NCBI GenBank assembly: GCA_044892525.1
Contig: CM097887.1
Location: 52,142,001-52,206,000 of the forward strand
DNA from: Schmidtea polychroa
Lineage: Eukaryota
Length of the DNA: 64,000 nt
Direction: 5' to 3'
Shown: positions 37,183-49,100 of the stretch, one piece after another
Layout: the number at the start of each line of letters is the position of its first letter
How positions within the stretch are numbered: the stretch's first letter is position 1
The notes under the pieces: model-generated
Told to the model about the DNA's origin: nothing
The model's database searches: none
What the model saw: the letters and a program-made list of their open reading frames with translations, nothing else
Made by a program: the position numbers and the translations under genes

Positions 37183-38488
37183 AAACTTTACTTCGATACA
37201 ACCATCTAATTTCAGTATATAAAAGCAATTTTTCATACTTAGCTTCCATAGATATACAAAGTTGTTTAAAAATTTGTTCCTGTAGAGGTCTTAATTTGAT
37301 ATAGTTCACTATTTCTACAACTTCGTCTAATACAGATTTTAATGACAGTGGTAATGTTTTTGAAATTAAAGCTTCTCAATGTAAAGAACGATATGTAGAG
37401 ATAAAATAACTTGATTTTTTCCTTAATTAGTGCAACTCATTCTTTAATAGATCCTGCCATTGATGGACATCTATCTGTACAAATTCCTACACACAGATAC
37501 TTTAGATTCTTCTAAATATACAGTTAAAAATATTTTTTCTGTTTTCTGTTTGGTAATTTCTTTGCATCAAAGAAATTTTTTTATTATTTCCTTTTCACCA
37601 ATGAAGCAAACGAATATAAGTAATTGAGCTTTCTTGCTAATATCAACAAATTCGCCAATTTTCAAAGCAAAATGTTTTTAAAAGTTTACTATTAACTGAT
37701 TCTTCAATATCATTTGACATGTGCTTCATTCTTTCTTGAATTGTATCATTAAAAAAGGAACTCTTCATTATTTCATTTTTTGCCTCATCAACAAACATAA
37801 TTTAAACTATTTCACAACATGACGGTAAAATAAGACGTTCTGCTATATTATGTGGTTTTAATTCCAATGTAATTAATTCTGTCATTTTGTATGAGGCAAG
37901 TTGTGCTTTTTCAGAAATTGTATAGCATTTTTTAATCGTTTTGCTTTGTTTTTTGAAACTAAATTCATGTGCTTAGTAGTAAAGTGATGTTTTAATTTAG
38001 CAGGAAACATAGCATTATTGGATAGCTTTTCATCGCATGCAATACATTGAGAGAATTGATAGTCACTTTCACCGGTCCACGTAAACCCAAAACAGATGTA
38101 TTCGTCAGAATAATGCATATTAGTTTTCCTTTTTTTATTAAATATGACATCTTTTGCATTGTCACTTGTAATATTACTGAAACTTGTATTTGCTTCATCG
38201 TTGATATTTTGATTCGAATTACTTTTTCGTTTAAAAAATTTGTCCATGCTACTATTTTAAATAAATTTAAAATTTTTTTTGAACTTTTCGTTACAAAATA
38301 GGTAATTGGTTTATATTGTAAATGTTTAATGATTAAAAAAATAATATATTAAAACGATTAAACTTAAATTAAATTGTTTTTATATATTATTTTTGTAAAT
38401 TTTAGTAAATGGCTAAAAGCACGTTTTAATATTTCTTAAAAATTGATTCAATTATAAATAAACTGAATAGCATATTTACTTCTAAGTA

Positions 38489-39722
38489 CAGGTAACCCTC
38501 CTACAACGCAGTAGATAGGTTCCTAAAAAATGCCGCGCTGTAGGAAATCGCGTTATAGGAGACATTAACTCGATACAAAAATCAGAATTTGGTTTTAAAT
38601 CTCAAAATTGGTTTTTATATGGTGTATATTTATATATTTTTGTATTTAATTAATGAGTCATAACAACATAATTTGATAACAAATTATTTATGAAAACAAA
38701 AAACAAACCAAAATAAAAATGGAAATTCAAATTCAAATTTACTTAATATTTAATAAATCAAAACAAAAATAAAGTCACAACTTCTCACTTTCCTTAAAAT
38801 TGTTGACTCATTCATCACTTAATATGATTTGAGTTTGTATCGAACTTTCTGGTTGTGGTCGTTCGCAATTAATTCTTCTATCCACACCGTAAGCGATTCT
38901 TCCATTTTTTCCATTATCTTTACTCTAGGACGAGCAGTGATTTTTGCGAGTATAGAGGATCCAGATGCCACCAAACTTCCAATTTTCCCTTCGCTTTGTT
39001 TAATCGTTCTTATTGTTGACTCATTTAACTTAAAATGTTTAGAAATATCAGCTACCCTCTCTTGATTTTGAAGTTGTTCCAAAATTTGTATTTTAGTTCC
39101 AATGGTGATAAATTTTCGTTTTAACCGAGTTCTTTTCTTTCCATTTGGCATTTTAGGCCTCAAATTACAATTTATAATTAATTTAGGCTATAAATAAGGT
39201 TTAACCTTGATTTTCATAAATTTAATTTATTTAAATAAAAATAAAAATATATAGACACTCTTTTCAATCAGTTATGATATCCTCAACTTCTAAATTCATA
39301 AAATCAATAAATCAATAATAAATTCAGTTAAAATATATTTTCCAAAAACACGCTAAAGCAATATTATTAAAACAAACAACTTTCCATAACTCAATCTTTT
39401 AAATTTTAAAATATTTTTGTTAAAAACTTTTTTACGACTAAAATAAAAATAGTTTCCCAAATTTTTTATAATGTAATTCTTATGACTTCTTTGTTGCTGA
39501 TGAAGTGAAAGACATAAATTTGTAATGCGACTTTTGAAATTTACTTACGGGGAAAAAAGTTTACACATAAAAACAATAAATGTTCAAAGTAAATTGCGTT
39601 ATAAGAAAATTCTGTGATGATCGCGTTGTAGGAGTACGCGTTGTAGGAAAATTTCCGCATTTTAGGAATCGAGTTGTAACGAAACCGCGTTGTAGAAGTA
39701 CCGCATTGTAGGAGGTTACCCG
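38489..39722 (-). mobile_element. Tigger/pogo-family transposon, internally deleted
   Basis: TA-flanked TIRs caggtaaccctcctacaacgc / gcattgtaggaggttacccg. CENP-B-type HTH KRKFITIGTKIQIL...LNESTIRTIK...MEKMEESLTVWIEE (38819-39163); no DDE domain. Confidence 0.9.
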
Positions 39723-40599
39723 TACAGAAAAATTTATGTTCAAATAGTGACGTCTAACACGATTACAAACTTTTACAAAATTAAAATATCATAACTTTAA
39801 TTTAATATAATTTTAGGGCGGAGCATCTAAGATAAGGTTGAGGAGCACTGGTTAAGAATTACTGCATTAAGGTGATAATTTTGAATTAAGTAAATTAGGG
39901 CAAATTAATTTTTAAATGCTGACACATTAAATATTTTTAAAATTATGTAAATTAAAGTAAATTAGTGTAATATTTAAAAATTAACTAACAGAATTTGAAG
40001 AATCGATGACTATTGAGACATTGAGGTAATAATTTAAAATTTGGTTAATATTGTTGGGATCCCTAATGAATTGGCAAGAAAAAACAAAGTGAGGAGTAGG
40101 AGTGGATGCTCATGTTCTAGACTTGTTGGTTTTACTTAACTGATGACTACATACTCAAACTTGCCAAGGCACTGAAAATCTCAATTGATCATCCATTTCA
40201 CGACAGGGCACCCGTGACTCGAGTCACGTTGGTGTTGTACCAAGTCGGCGAAATCTATATGACAGGTGAGCTACTGCCTTAGAACTACTCTCCTATAGCA
40301 TTTCTATACGGGTTCCTGACTTTCGATGGAAGGACTTACGTCTTTACGTTTACGACAACATATAATTAAAAAGGAAAAATCGATCTACTGGTGACCGAAT
40401 GCAAAACAAGATAACAAAAGCATCATTCAATGGAATCGTAAGCACAAATAGATAGTGTTAGAATAGAGTTCGACGTTACTGCAAACTGTAGGCATTTCCC
40501 AGAAACTACTCTTTTCGGCATCAGCTAGTAGAGCGTTCAGATGGAAGACAGGGTTAATTTTTTCGTCCCAAGGATTTCATACTGCGGGAATGACTCGTA

Positions 40600-41200
40600 A
40601 CCTTTTGGATCATCGTATTGTTCATGACCTGGATAATGTCGGCCGCTGCTTTCACATTGTTCGCTGCCATTAGTGCTTCAACTTCCGCCTGTTTTACGTT
40701 TCTGGCTTAGTTCTTTCTGCGCGGATCAGCTGTTTTCGTTTTGTTTTCGGTGGTACGTGGGAAGAGTAACGGAAATTTTAAGTTCATGAGTGACAACTGA
40801 AGCGGTTCTTACCCCTGTGAAGATGATGACCTCACTTCGGTTGTGTGTATATCGATTTCGACACGAGATATGCCACGACTCCATTGGCAGTCATGTCGTG
40901 TCGATCCACAGCAGCGACAGGTGAATAATCTATTTCATATTTACATTTAATACAACCGATTGATATAGAATTGATTGCCTACCCCCACTTTTGAATCGAT
41001 AGAGACATTATTTTATCGTCATGTGCAAGATCATTGTCATGGAACATAGTTTATTGAATTCCCATCATACGGCTCATAGGATCCTCTTCCCGAGTAAATT
41101 TATCTACAGTTGGCGGGCTTCTAAATCCGGAACGATTTTATGAGCATGGTGGCGGTACCTTATTCCAGAATTTACTCGGTGTGTTAATTGAATTGTGGTT
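40600..41200 (-). pseudogene. Possible decayed LTR-retrotransposon gag remnant
   Basis: PPTVDKFTREEDP...FHDNDLAHDDKIMSL...WG*A resembles the gag P..F.G..DP..W...N.W...K...L...L.G.A pattern; the region is less AT-rich than its flanks. Confidence 0.35.
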
Positions 41201-43163
41201 ATGGTTACTTACTCCCCCTCTTCCGTGAGATTGAGTTAACATCATTCGTTCCAATTATTTTCTGGTCTTGGGAGTTCTATTTACGATTTTTTGATAATGA
41301 TATTGTGCATTGTTGGGCTTTCAAATTTTGAGTAGGGATACTCCTTGTTTATAGCAAATTTGATTTAAATGCTAGTGATGTGTTCATTTGGTGGTCGCTT
41401 TCACACTTTGTTATAAATTTGAGTCTATGGTATTTTAACTGCTCATTACTCATGGTCCACTGAACATTTTGGAAAAACGAGCTCTTAGTGTCGTATAGAA
41501 TAAAATACTCAATAAATAAAGTAAGCATACCAAATGTAGGCAATTGGGCGTCCAGTACGTTACTGCTTTTCATTAGCCACCGTCCACACCGGCCATATGA
41601 AGTTTACCGATAAGCGGTGTAATAACAATTATCACTCCTCAAAAAGTCGCACTTATGTACTAATTTAGCTAAGTTGTAGCTTTAGAAGTGGCTAGGGGAT
41701 GAAAAAGATATGTGATTGTTATCCATTAAAAATTATTTCGTTTTGGGTAAAAAACAACAAAAACAAAACCAAATCTCTGGGACCAATCGGCCAATTATCA
41801 AATACAAAACATACACAAAGAAATCCTTACTTCCAATATTACTTTCAAAATCCAATAGTGAAAATAGTAGAAAATAGTAGAAAATACCAATAGTGATTTT
41901 ATGCCAATTTTTTTAAAAGAACTTTGACTTCAAATTTGGTTATATTGTGACTGAAATGCTTCGGTATATTTAGTCTGATTTTGGTGTGCGAATATGTGTG
42001 CGTTTATTGATTCAGTAAAACAAATTTGAATTATTTTAATTCTACTTAATTTTGAATTTCAATTTTTATCAATTTCCATGGTGATTTCTTATTTTTTATT
42101 TTTTCATAATTTATAATATTTTTTATTATTTTCTTATATTTCTTATATTTTTATTTCTTTCTAATTTTTATTGTTTATTTTTTAATTGATTTCGCCGTCA
42201 TGATGGATATGGGCATTATTTAAAATATTCTATGCTATCTTAATGGTTTTATTAAATAATTCCTGCTTCTTTTAATTCCTATTTTATTTTATTTTGTTTT
42301 TTTGATAATTTAGTTTCTAAATTTTTATAATTTAGTTAGCTTCAACTAGCTACTTAGCGGCCATGATGGATTTCGTCATTTTTATAATATATTCTAGTTT
42401 TTCTGGTCTATTTTGATTTCAATTTATTTTTTTGATGATGTTTTGTGGACATTTTCTAGTTTACATCCCTACTTTCTCTCATCACCATTAATTCACATTT
42501 GTCTACTTCTCATATGCGTCTATGCTATGTTTGAGTTCGTTTCGTGTAATAATTCTTGCTTTTTATCATTTTCGTGTTATGTGAATTATTTAATTGTGTT
42601 AACTCGATGCTTCAACGTGTTTTGAGTTTGATTTTACTTAATGATGTGTCTGCAAGTTGTTTTAAGGAAAGTCACTATCATGATAATAAACAGGGATTAA
42701 TGAATAACTTTAAGTTTCCACATTTTAGACCTAGACTTAAATTTTCATTGCTTATTGAATCTTAGGTCTTATAGAATAGTTGTCTGGCGATATAGCCGTT
42801 GTAGGACACCCAACCCTAGAAAATACTCCTACTGTTGAAATAAAAGAATTCTGCACTACAAGCAAACAGGAATAGATAAATAAGGATAATTCTTTCCTCA
42901 GTAAAACAAGGACGTTGCTTCACTACTTTAAGTATAAAACAATGTTTGTCCGGGATGGTACTTGAAAGTCCAATTCAAAATCATACATTAATTTATAGTG
43001 GGTATTTAGGAAATAAAAAAAATATTTTTCCTCAGATTCGTGTAAATGGGAACACCTATTTGTAGAAAATATCAAATATAAATATATTTGCATTTACCGT
43101 ATCACGAAATGACGCGTTTCCTTATTTACATGTAAGTTACAAAGTAAACAATGTACATTATTT

Positions 43164-44210
43164 TTATGAGATATTTTTTATGAAAATCCTTGATAATCGT
43201 CCAACATTTTTAGGACTTCCAGATTTAATAGAACTGAACCTCTCAAAGAAGCTATTTTCAGGATCAATTGCATTTTGTGAGTATCTTTTTATTGAAACTG
43301 ATTTAGGAGAATCTGTGCTAAGATTGGGTTTTAAATAAAGCTCTTCTTTGATAAATCTTTGAGCTTCCAAAAATAACAACTCTAGATTTATATCTTCATC
43401 ATCGTCTTCTTCTGGAGATGAGCTACCAAACTCTTTGAAAAGAGAACTTCTCGATCTCATTTTTACGCTGACACTGTGAGACAATTTCCTCGATTCAAAA
43501 CTACTGAAGTTTTTTCTCAATGTATGATGAGAAAAACGTTTAGGTTTGACTGGACTTAGAACTTTCAATTTCCTATCAAAAGGAAAATTAGGTTTGACTT
43601 CCAGTTGATTTTCATTTCGCAAATATTTCTCTTCGTGCTTCTTTCGCCTATTTTCTTGAATCTCCAAATTTCGAATTTCAGAATTTTCAAGGTCGTCTTC
43701 TTTTTTCATAAAACGTTTCTCAGCATATTTATTAAATCGAATGTTATTTATTACTGCAGAATTTGAGCCTAGATTTGTAACCAATCTGTACCCAATGAGT
43801 TCCAGTTCTTTAAAGCATGGATTTCCAATTTGTTTTAATTTGAAATCCAGTTGAAATGTTTTGTCACATCTGTGGGCATCTTCAACTACTCTTTGGTTAT
43901 AGTTGGTAATATATGATTTTTTTATTTTGTCTCTCTCCGTTTCTATATTATCTCTTGATATGCTTTCGAAATCCATTGATTCTAAAAACTCACTTTCATT
44001 GAAACTTTCTTTGAAATTCCATTGAAGATTTTTGTAGCAATCTTGTGGTAGAATATTCCAACTTCTAACATTAATTTGTCTTAATGAACAATCTTTATTC
44101 GAAGTTGTTCGTTTAAGAACCTTTTTGGCATATTTAGTTTGAGGCTTGAAAAGGTCTTTATATGGAATTGGAATTGTTTTCAAACGGATAGCGTTACAGT
44201 TTCTTTGCAT
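43164..44210 (-). CDS. Hypothetical 348-aa protein (intronless orphan ORF; K/E/S-rich, disordered-looking C-terminal half)
   Basis: 1047 nt with no stop, from ATG to TAA, in strongly AT-rich DNA where stops are otherwise frequent. No recognised domain or TE motif. Confidence 0.65.
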   Translation of the reverse strand: MQRNCNAIRLKTIPIPYKDLFKPQTKYAKKVLKRTTSNKDCSLRQINVRSWNILPQDCYKNLQWNFKESFNESEFLESMDFESISRDNIETERDKIKKSYITNYNQRVVEDAHRCDKTFQLDFKLKQIGNPCFKELELIGYRLVTNLGSNSAVINNIRFNKYAEKRFMKKEDDLENSEIRNLEIQENRRKKHEEKYLRNENQLEVKPNFPFDRKLKVLSPVKPKRFSHHTLRKNFSSFESRKLSHSVSVKMRSRSSLFKEFGSSSPEEDDDEDINLELLFLEAQRFIKEELYLKPNLSTDSPKSVSIKRYSQNAIDPENSFFERFSSIKSGSPKNVGRLSRIFIKNIS

Positions 44211-44983
44211 AATTGAAATATTTATTTATTAATAATTGATTAAATAAATAATCGATAAAATAATATTTTATATTTTATATATTTTACAACTTGCGTAACC
44301 GTTTAAATTACAGAAAGAAAAATTTAGCAACTAATAATAATTATTTTCGTGAAAATAACCTGCAGCTTAATTAAGAAAAAAAGTAAAAAAAAGTTGAAAG
44401 TATTTAAATTAATTTAATATTAAATTCAAATTTTTATTTTTATTTTACCAAAAATAATGAAACTCTTACAATTATATCAAAACGCATTAAAACAGGGTTA
44501 TAAAACACAAAATAAGAACATCAAAATTTGTGTGTGTGTCAATAACAGAAATGACAGTAAATAAGGTTCTATGACCATAAGTTTTAAATATAAAAAGAAA
44601 TTACAGATGCTTTCGAAATCTTTGATGTTTCCACATCACAATTTATTCCATAAAAATATATATATGTATAAGTTTTTGGGAAATTTATAATTTTGGTAGA
44701 ATTTGTCCCAAAGGTTTCTGACTTTTTTTAAAAATTATTACAGAAAATTTGAAAAATTAAAAACACATTTAGAAAATCATCAAAATATTAAGTAACCAGA
44801 ATATTTATTTTCTCAAATCAAAAATTTCATTATGATGATTAAATCCATCAAAATATCTAAAAAGGTATTTTAAAAAATTATTTTTAAATAAAAAGCTTAA
44901 AAAAGAGTTACTATTAAGCCTTTGAATTAATTTCCAACTTTATTAGAAATTTTTCAAACTTGTATAATTAAAACTCTACATAT

Positions 44984-46060
44984 TGTTGAGGATACCTAAA
45001 TAACAATTTATAAAGAAATAAATAAAATTACCTGGGGGAAGATCGCCATGACAAACGGGACGATCTATAGAAACTCAGAAAAGAAAACGGAAGTGAAAAG
45101 AAATTAAAAATGAGAAAGAGAAAGGAAATAAAAGTTATCAAACAGGAAAATAAAAATCAAGGTCAGTACTAATTAATTAGTGCAGAAAGGAAAAGGAATT
45201 TTGAAATCGGGGAAGAATGAAAACAACAATATCCTTATCTCGACAGCTTGCCAGTGATAATAGAATTGATTGGAGAAGGCGGTCAAACAAAAAAGGGAAA
45301 AGGGAAAACAACTTGACAGCTGTAAGAGATAAAAATGGTACAGTCGGGAAAAGCAGGAGAAGGAAAATGGAAAAACACTTGATTATCTGGAGTGCCACAA
45401 GAGAAGCGAACTATATAAGGGAAAACTGGTGAACATGAAAGAACAACAAATTAGAGGAAAAATTAGAGACAAAGTGACGCGAAATTGAAAACGATTTGGA
45501 AGACGATTTGAGAGACGATTTGAGAGACGATTTGAGAGACGATTTGAGAGACGATTTGAGAGACGATTTGAGAGACGATTTGAGAGACGATTTGAGAGAT
45601 AAAATTATTGGAGAGAACTAGACGTTGGAGGAAACGTTGTTGGACAAACGATTGTCAAAAATAATTGTAAAGAAAATAGTTGTGGAAAATAATTATTGGA
45701 GAAGAGTTGAAGAAAAGAATTAGTTGAATAATAACACAAAAGAAGTTATTTGATTATTTGAATAAAGTTGTGAAGAAAGTCAAAGAAAACAACCAGCTCA
45801 AAATTCCAGTTTATAAACCAATCAGTAATTTGTGATTTTTTAATCCGATGTTATATACAAGTGCTATTCCTCACCGAGTGTTGTAATAAGCATTGTATAG
45901 TTACTAAGCAGAGTGTTGAATCTATTGCCAGTGTAAAGAGGAAGATTATTTGTGATTATCAATAAAGATTTCTGTTGTCAAGTGTTATTTGTGAATCATA
46001 TAAAGACACGCTTGGAGTCAGAGTTACATTAAAATTTATCACCAACTATATAACTCAACA
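44984..46060 (+). mobile_element. Solo-LTR-like element (1077 bp), TSD not matching
   Basis: TGTTGAG...CTCAACA termini; AATAAA at 45961; shares the 3'-end motif of the other solo LTRs; flanks atat / aagt match only 2/4. Confidence 0.68.
45489..45598 (+). repeat. 12-bp minisatellite (agacgatttgag)n, about 9 copies
   Basis: Eight perfect units from 45501 plus one degenerate unit at 45489. Confidence 0.95.
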
Positions 46061-46066
46061 AAGTTA

Positions 46067-46210
46067 TTATTCAATGAAGTAATTTTCATGCGAATTCCCC
46101 ATTTTTTGCGATCTTCCAAGCACAATACGGATTCCTTTTTCGTAGAACTCTTCATCTTTCGGTTCGAAGAATTCAACTATGCAATGTTCTACTTCTTCAA
46201 GCAGTGGCAT
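46067..46210 (-). mobile_element. Mariner transposase C-terminal fragment
   Basis: EEVEHCIVEFFEPKDEEFYEKGIRIVLGRSQKMGNSHENYFIE* matches the mariner tail FF..K...FY..GI..L..RWQK.....G.YF. Confidence 0.7.
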
Positions 46211-47599
46211 AGTAACGGTATCTGGTACCCGAGAGCAAGATGTAAAATTTTCCCCCTTTCCCGCTTTATCTGAAAACAGTATATAGTAAACTATTGATGG
46301 ACCCAAATTTTTATTTTTTTTAAAGTTGTAAACGACGTCAACATCAACCACATTGAATGCAGATGCCACTTATACATTTTATATGGCAAGGCTATCGTTT
46401 TAATTGTAGAAATTACACATTTGGTTAGGGATTTTCATCATTTCGGCAATATGTTTGTATAAATGAAAAAACGGCTGACTTCAATTTTTTTTCAAGTATA
46501 AATATCATTCCTGAAGAAATTAAAGAATTGTTGTTGTACTATTATACTATGTACGTTTATGTTGTTCAGTTTTGAGTGTGTTTGATCGTATACTTTTATA
46601 TATTGGAAATTTTGATCGAAAACATGGCATTTTTATTTTAATGTTATCTAAAAATCAACTTTCCTATATTGTATGATAATTTGTCCAACTTTGACCATTA
46701 ATCCTTTTTAACTGTTATCTACTATATAATAATTCGTCATTTTTGACGGATTATATAATAACGATATAGATTATAAACAATAAAAAATAACAAAATTCGT
46801 TTAAATATTTTTTCGTTTATATTTCGTTTACTATTTGACTTGATCTCTTCAGCATAAAATTGTTTTCCATAATCATAGGCCATTTCCTTATTTCAAGATA
46901 TTTTTCATTTTGTGTTTCTATAATTTAATATATAACTTACTATAGAATATATAATATTCTTTTCATTCAAAAAACTATATAAAACAATATCTCGCTCGTT
47001 AACTCTCATCAAAATCGATAAAAAAATATGCCAAACATTCTAGAGATTGAAACCTTTGTTTTCCTAGCTACAATCTCTCTGTCGATGAGCTTGATCATCA
47101 ACACCTTCTATTCAACCAAAGAAATTTTCCTTAGAATACTAATTCGCGATTCTAATGATTCTCATGATAGAGTTCGTTACGAAAGCCGGACTGATTGACA
47201 AAGGGAGTTAATGAACAAAGTTATTTCAGATAAAGATTCCAATACTTTCACGTCGTACGGTACTGGAGTCTGCATACACAAATGCAAGTTCATCAACAAT
47301 CTCAGTACAATCGCCAGATCAAGTGCCGATGGTTTCCTGGGAACATTGACTGCTGGAGCAAATATTTCTATGATCGCTTTCAATGTCGTTTTCAATAAAA
47401 ACTTTATGCAAATTAGTTTCGTGTCTCTACATAGAGTATAAACACAGAAGGGAATAAATTATTAATCAGCAATAATAACTTCATATATAAAAACATATAT
47501 AACAAACCTTATGAGAAAGATTTTGATAAAACAGAAATGGTAATGAGCTGGATATTTATATGGCAAAACTGTGTCAAAAAGATAGAAGCCTTAGTCTCA

Positions 47600-47720
47600 A
47601 AGATGATTGAGAGGAAATAATTGAAGATGTCTATTATCACTTCAATTATCACAAAGTACTAAGATTTACAAAATACAAAGGCTGTTTCAATTTTGCTTAA
47701 TAAATGGATAAGACGCATTA
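47600..47720 (+). pseudogene. Possible decayed hAT-type transposase fragment
   Basis: EEIIEDVYYHF...KVLRFTK and, in another frame, KAVSILLNKW recall the D.YYHF...KIL...TRWL...AV.R.L..W pattern; the TRW motif itself is missing. Confidence 0.3.
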
Positions 47721-49100
47721 CTCATGGTATCAGAGTTACAAACATTTTACTCCAAACGCAAACAATGGTTCAGAGAAGTGACATGCAACTAATGACACAC
47801 ATGCTGTGATGTAATTATAATGGGATATTTGATTTCCCTAACCTTTACACTATATTAGGTAATGGCTGCATGTGTGATTTATTATTTTTGATTGTCCGGG
47901 TCCTCAAATTATGTCACTGATTATTATTTCCCAATAAGCTATTGCTGATTGTGTTGGTGTCGGCACACTGGGTAATATAAATAGTACCACAATTTCTTAA
48001 ATAAAGTATTTTGGAATTTATCAAGTTATTCTTATTCTTTACACATGCCTCTAAGTTGACGAAATAATACACTTAAGAGGTTAACTTCCCATTAGTGTGA
48101 ATAAGTAAAATATGTGTTTGGCTGACATCGGGTGATAGAATTTACGCCAAACTGTTATTTCATGTCCTTTGTGTTGTTTTTACATTGTAAATTATATAGT
48201 CAAGTAAAATTATCTTATTATAGATTTCTACTTTTATTTAAGTGACATGTGTAGTTGTCAGTACTTTTAATTACATGTTCTGTGGTACGCCAGTGTAATT
48301 TGGTTGCCCACCGCTCAGTCTAACAATCAAATAAGCAAAGATGAATAAACAATAAGAGAACTAATGCCTCAGTCGAGATTTGACCAAAAAGCATTAAAAA
48401 TTATTGGGAAATGTTCACTAGCGTATCTTCGAGATGTAAATATCTTCATCAATAAGAAAACCATTTTAGTACCATGTTGGACTCAAGTTTACCGATGGTA
48501 AATAGGTAATTAAACAATTATTTCAGTTCCATAAGAAAATACGACTTGCCATTATGTTCCGGTTGGTAATTCAAAGACTATGCGATGGACTACCATTGAC
48601 CAATTCAACCACAATGGTTTTTCTATATGGTACACAACATTTCCAAATGATAACACAAAGTGGTCAGAAGGTCAATCTAAGTGTTCAGCATTTTCAGGAA
48701 ATTCCTTTGCAAGTATGTAGTTGGAATTGCAATCAGATTCAAGTTTTGTAGAGTACCCAACATAGCCAAGAATATTCCCCCCGTACAAAAATTACCGGGA
48801 GATAAATCGCCGAAAACTAAGAAGGGTTTACTTAAACAATAAATATTCTGCCTATGTATTTTTCTAAATAAAATATTTTTCATTTTATATTTTTATAATT
48901 TGCAAAAGATAAAAGGATTCCGTTACTAAAATCCTTAGCATTTAGTAAAAATTCTTAGTAAATAAATCATTCCCAAGACGAATCTAATTGTTTTTATTAA
49001 TTTGATGAAGTTCTCCTAGAAGTCGTAATTGCAAATCTCAAACTTAATAATTAATTAAACAAAATTTTGTTGACATCAATCATTTATTTTGGGGGAGGGG

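Larger units (their letters stand above)
34727..39864 (-). mobile_element. hAT Buster/Charlie-type transposon, degenerate, with three nested insertions
   Basis: TIRs cagtgattcttaacc / ggttaagaattactg; perfect 8-bp TSD cattaagg. Transposase from 38247 has a BED finger YSDEYICFGFTW...QCIACDEKLSN...KLKHHFTTKH, plus LLLYTEIRWL and NTSIQGKN; many lesions. Confidence 0.9.

Noticed and set aside
39494-39512. ctgatgaagtgaaa as a hammerhead core
   Set aside because: No room for stem II; similar CTGANGA hits at 12307, 23306, 24966 and 46514 also lack stem II-GAAA.
45489-45598. CRISPR-like array
   Set aside because: Contiguous 12-bp units with no spacers, eukaryotic context and no cas genes; a minisatellite. 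The same applies to 12315-12513.
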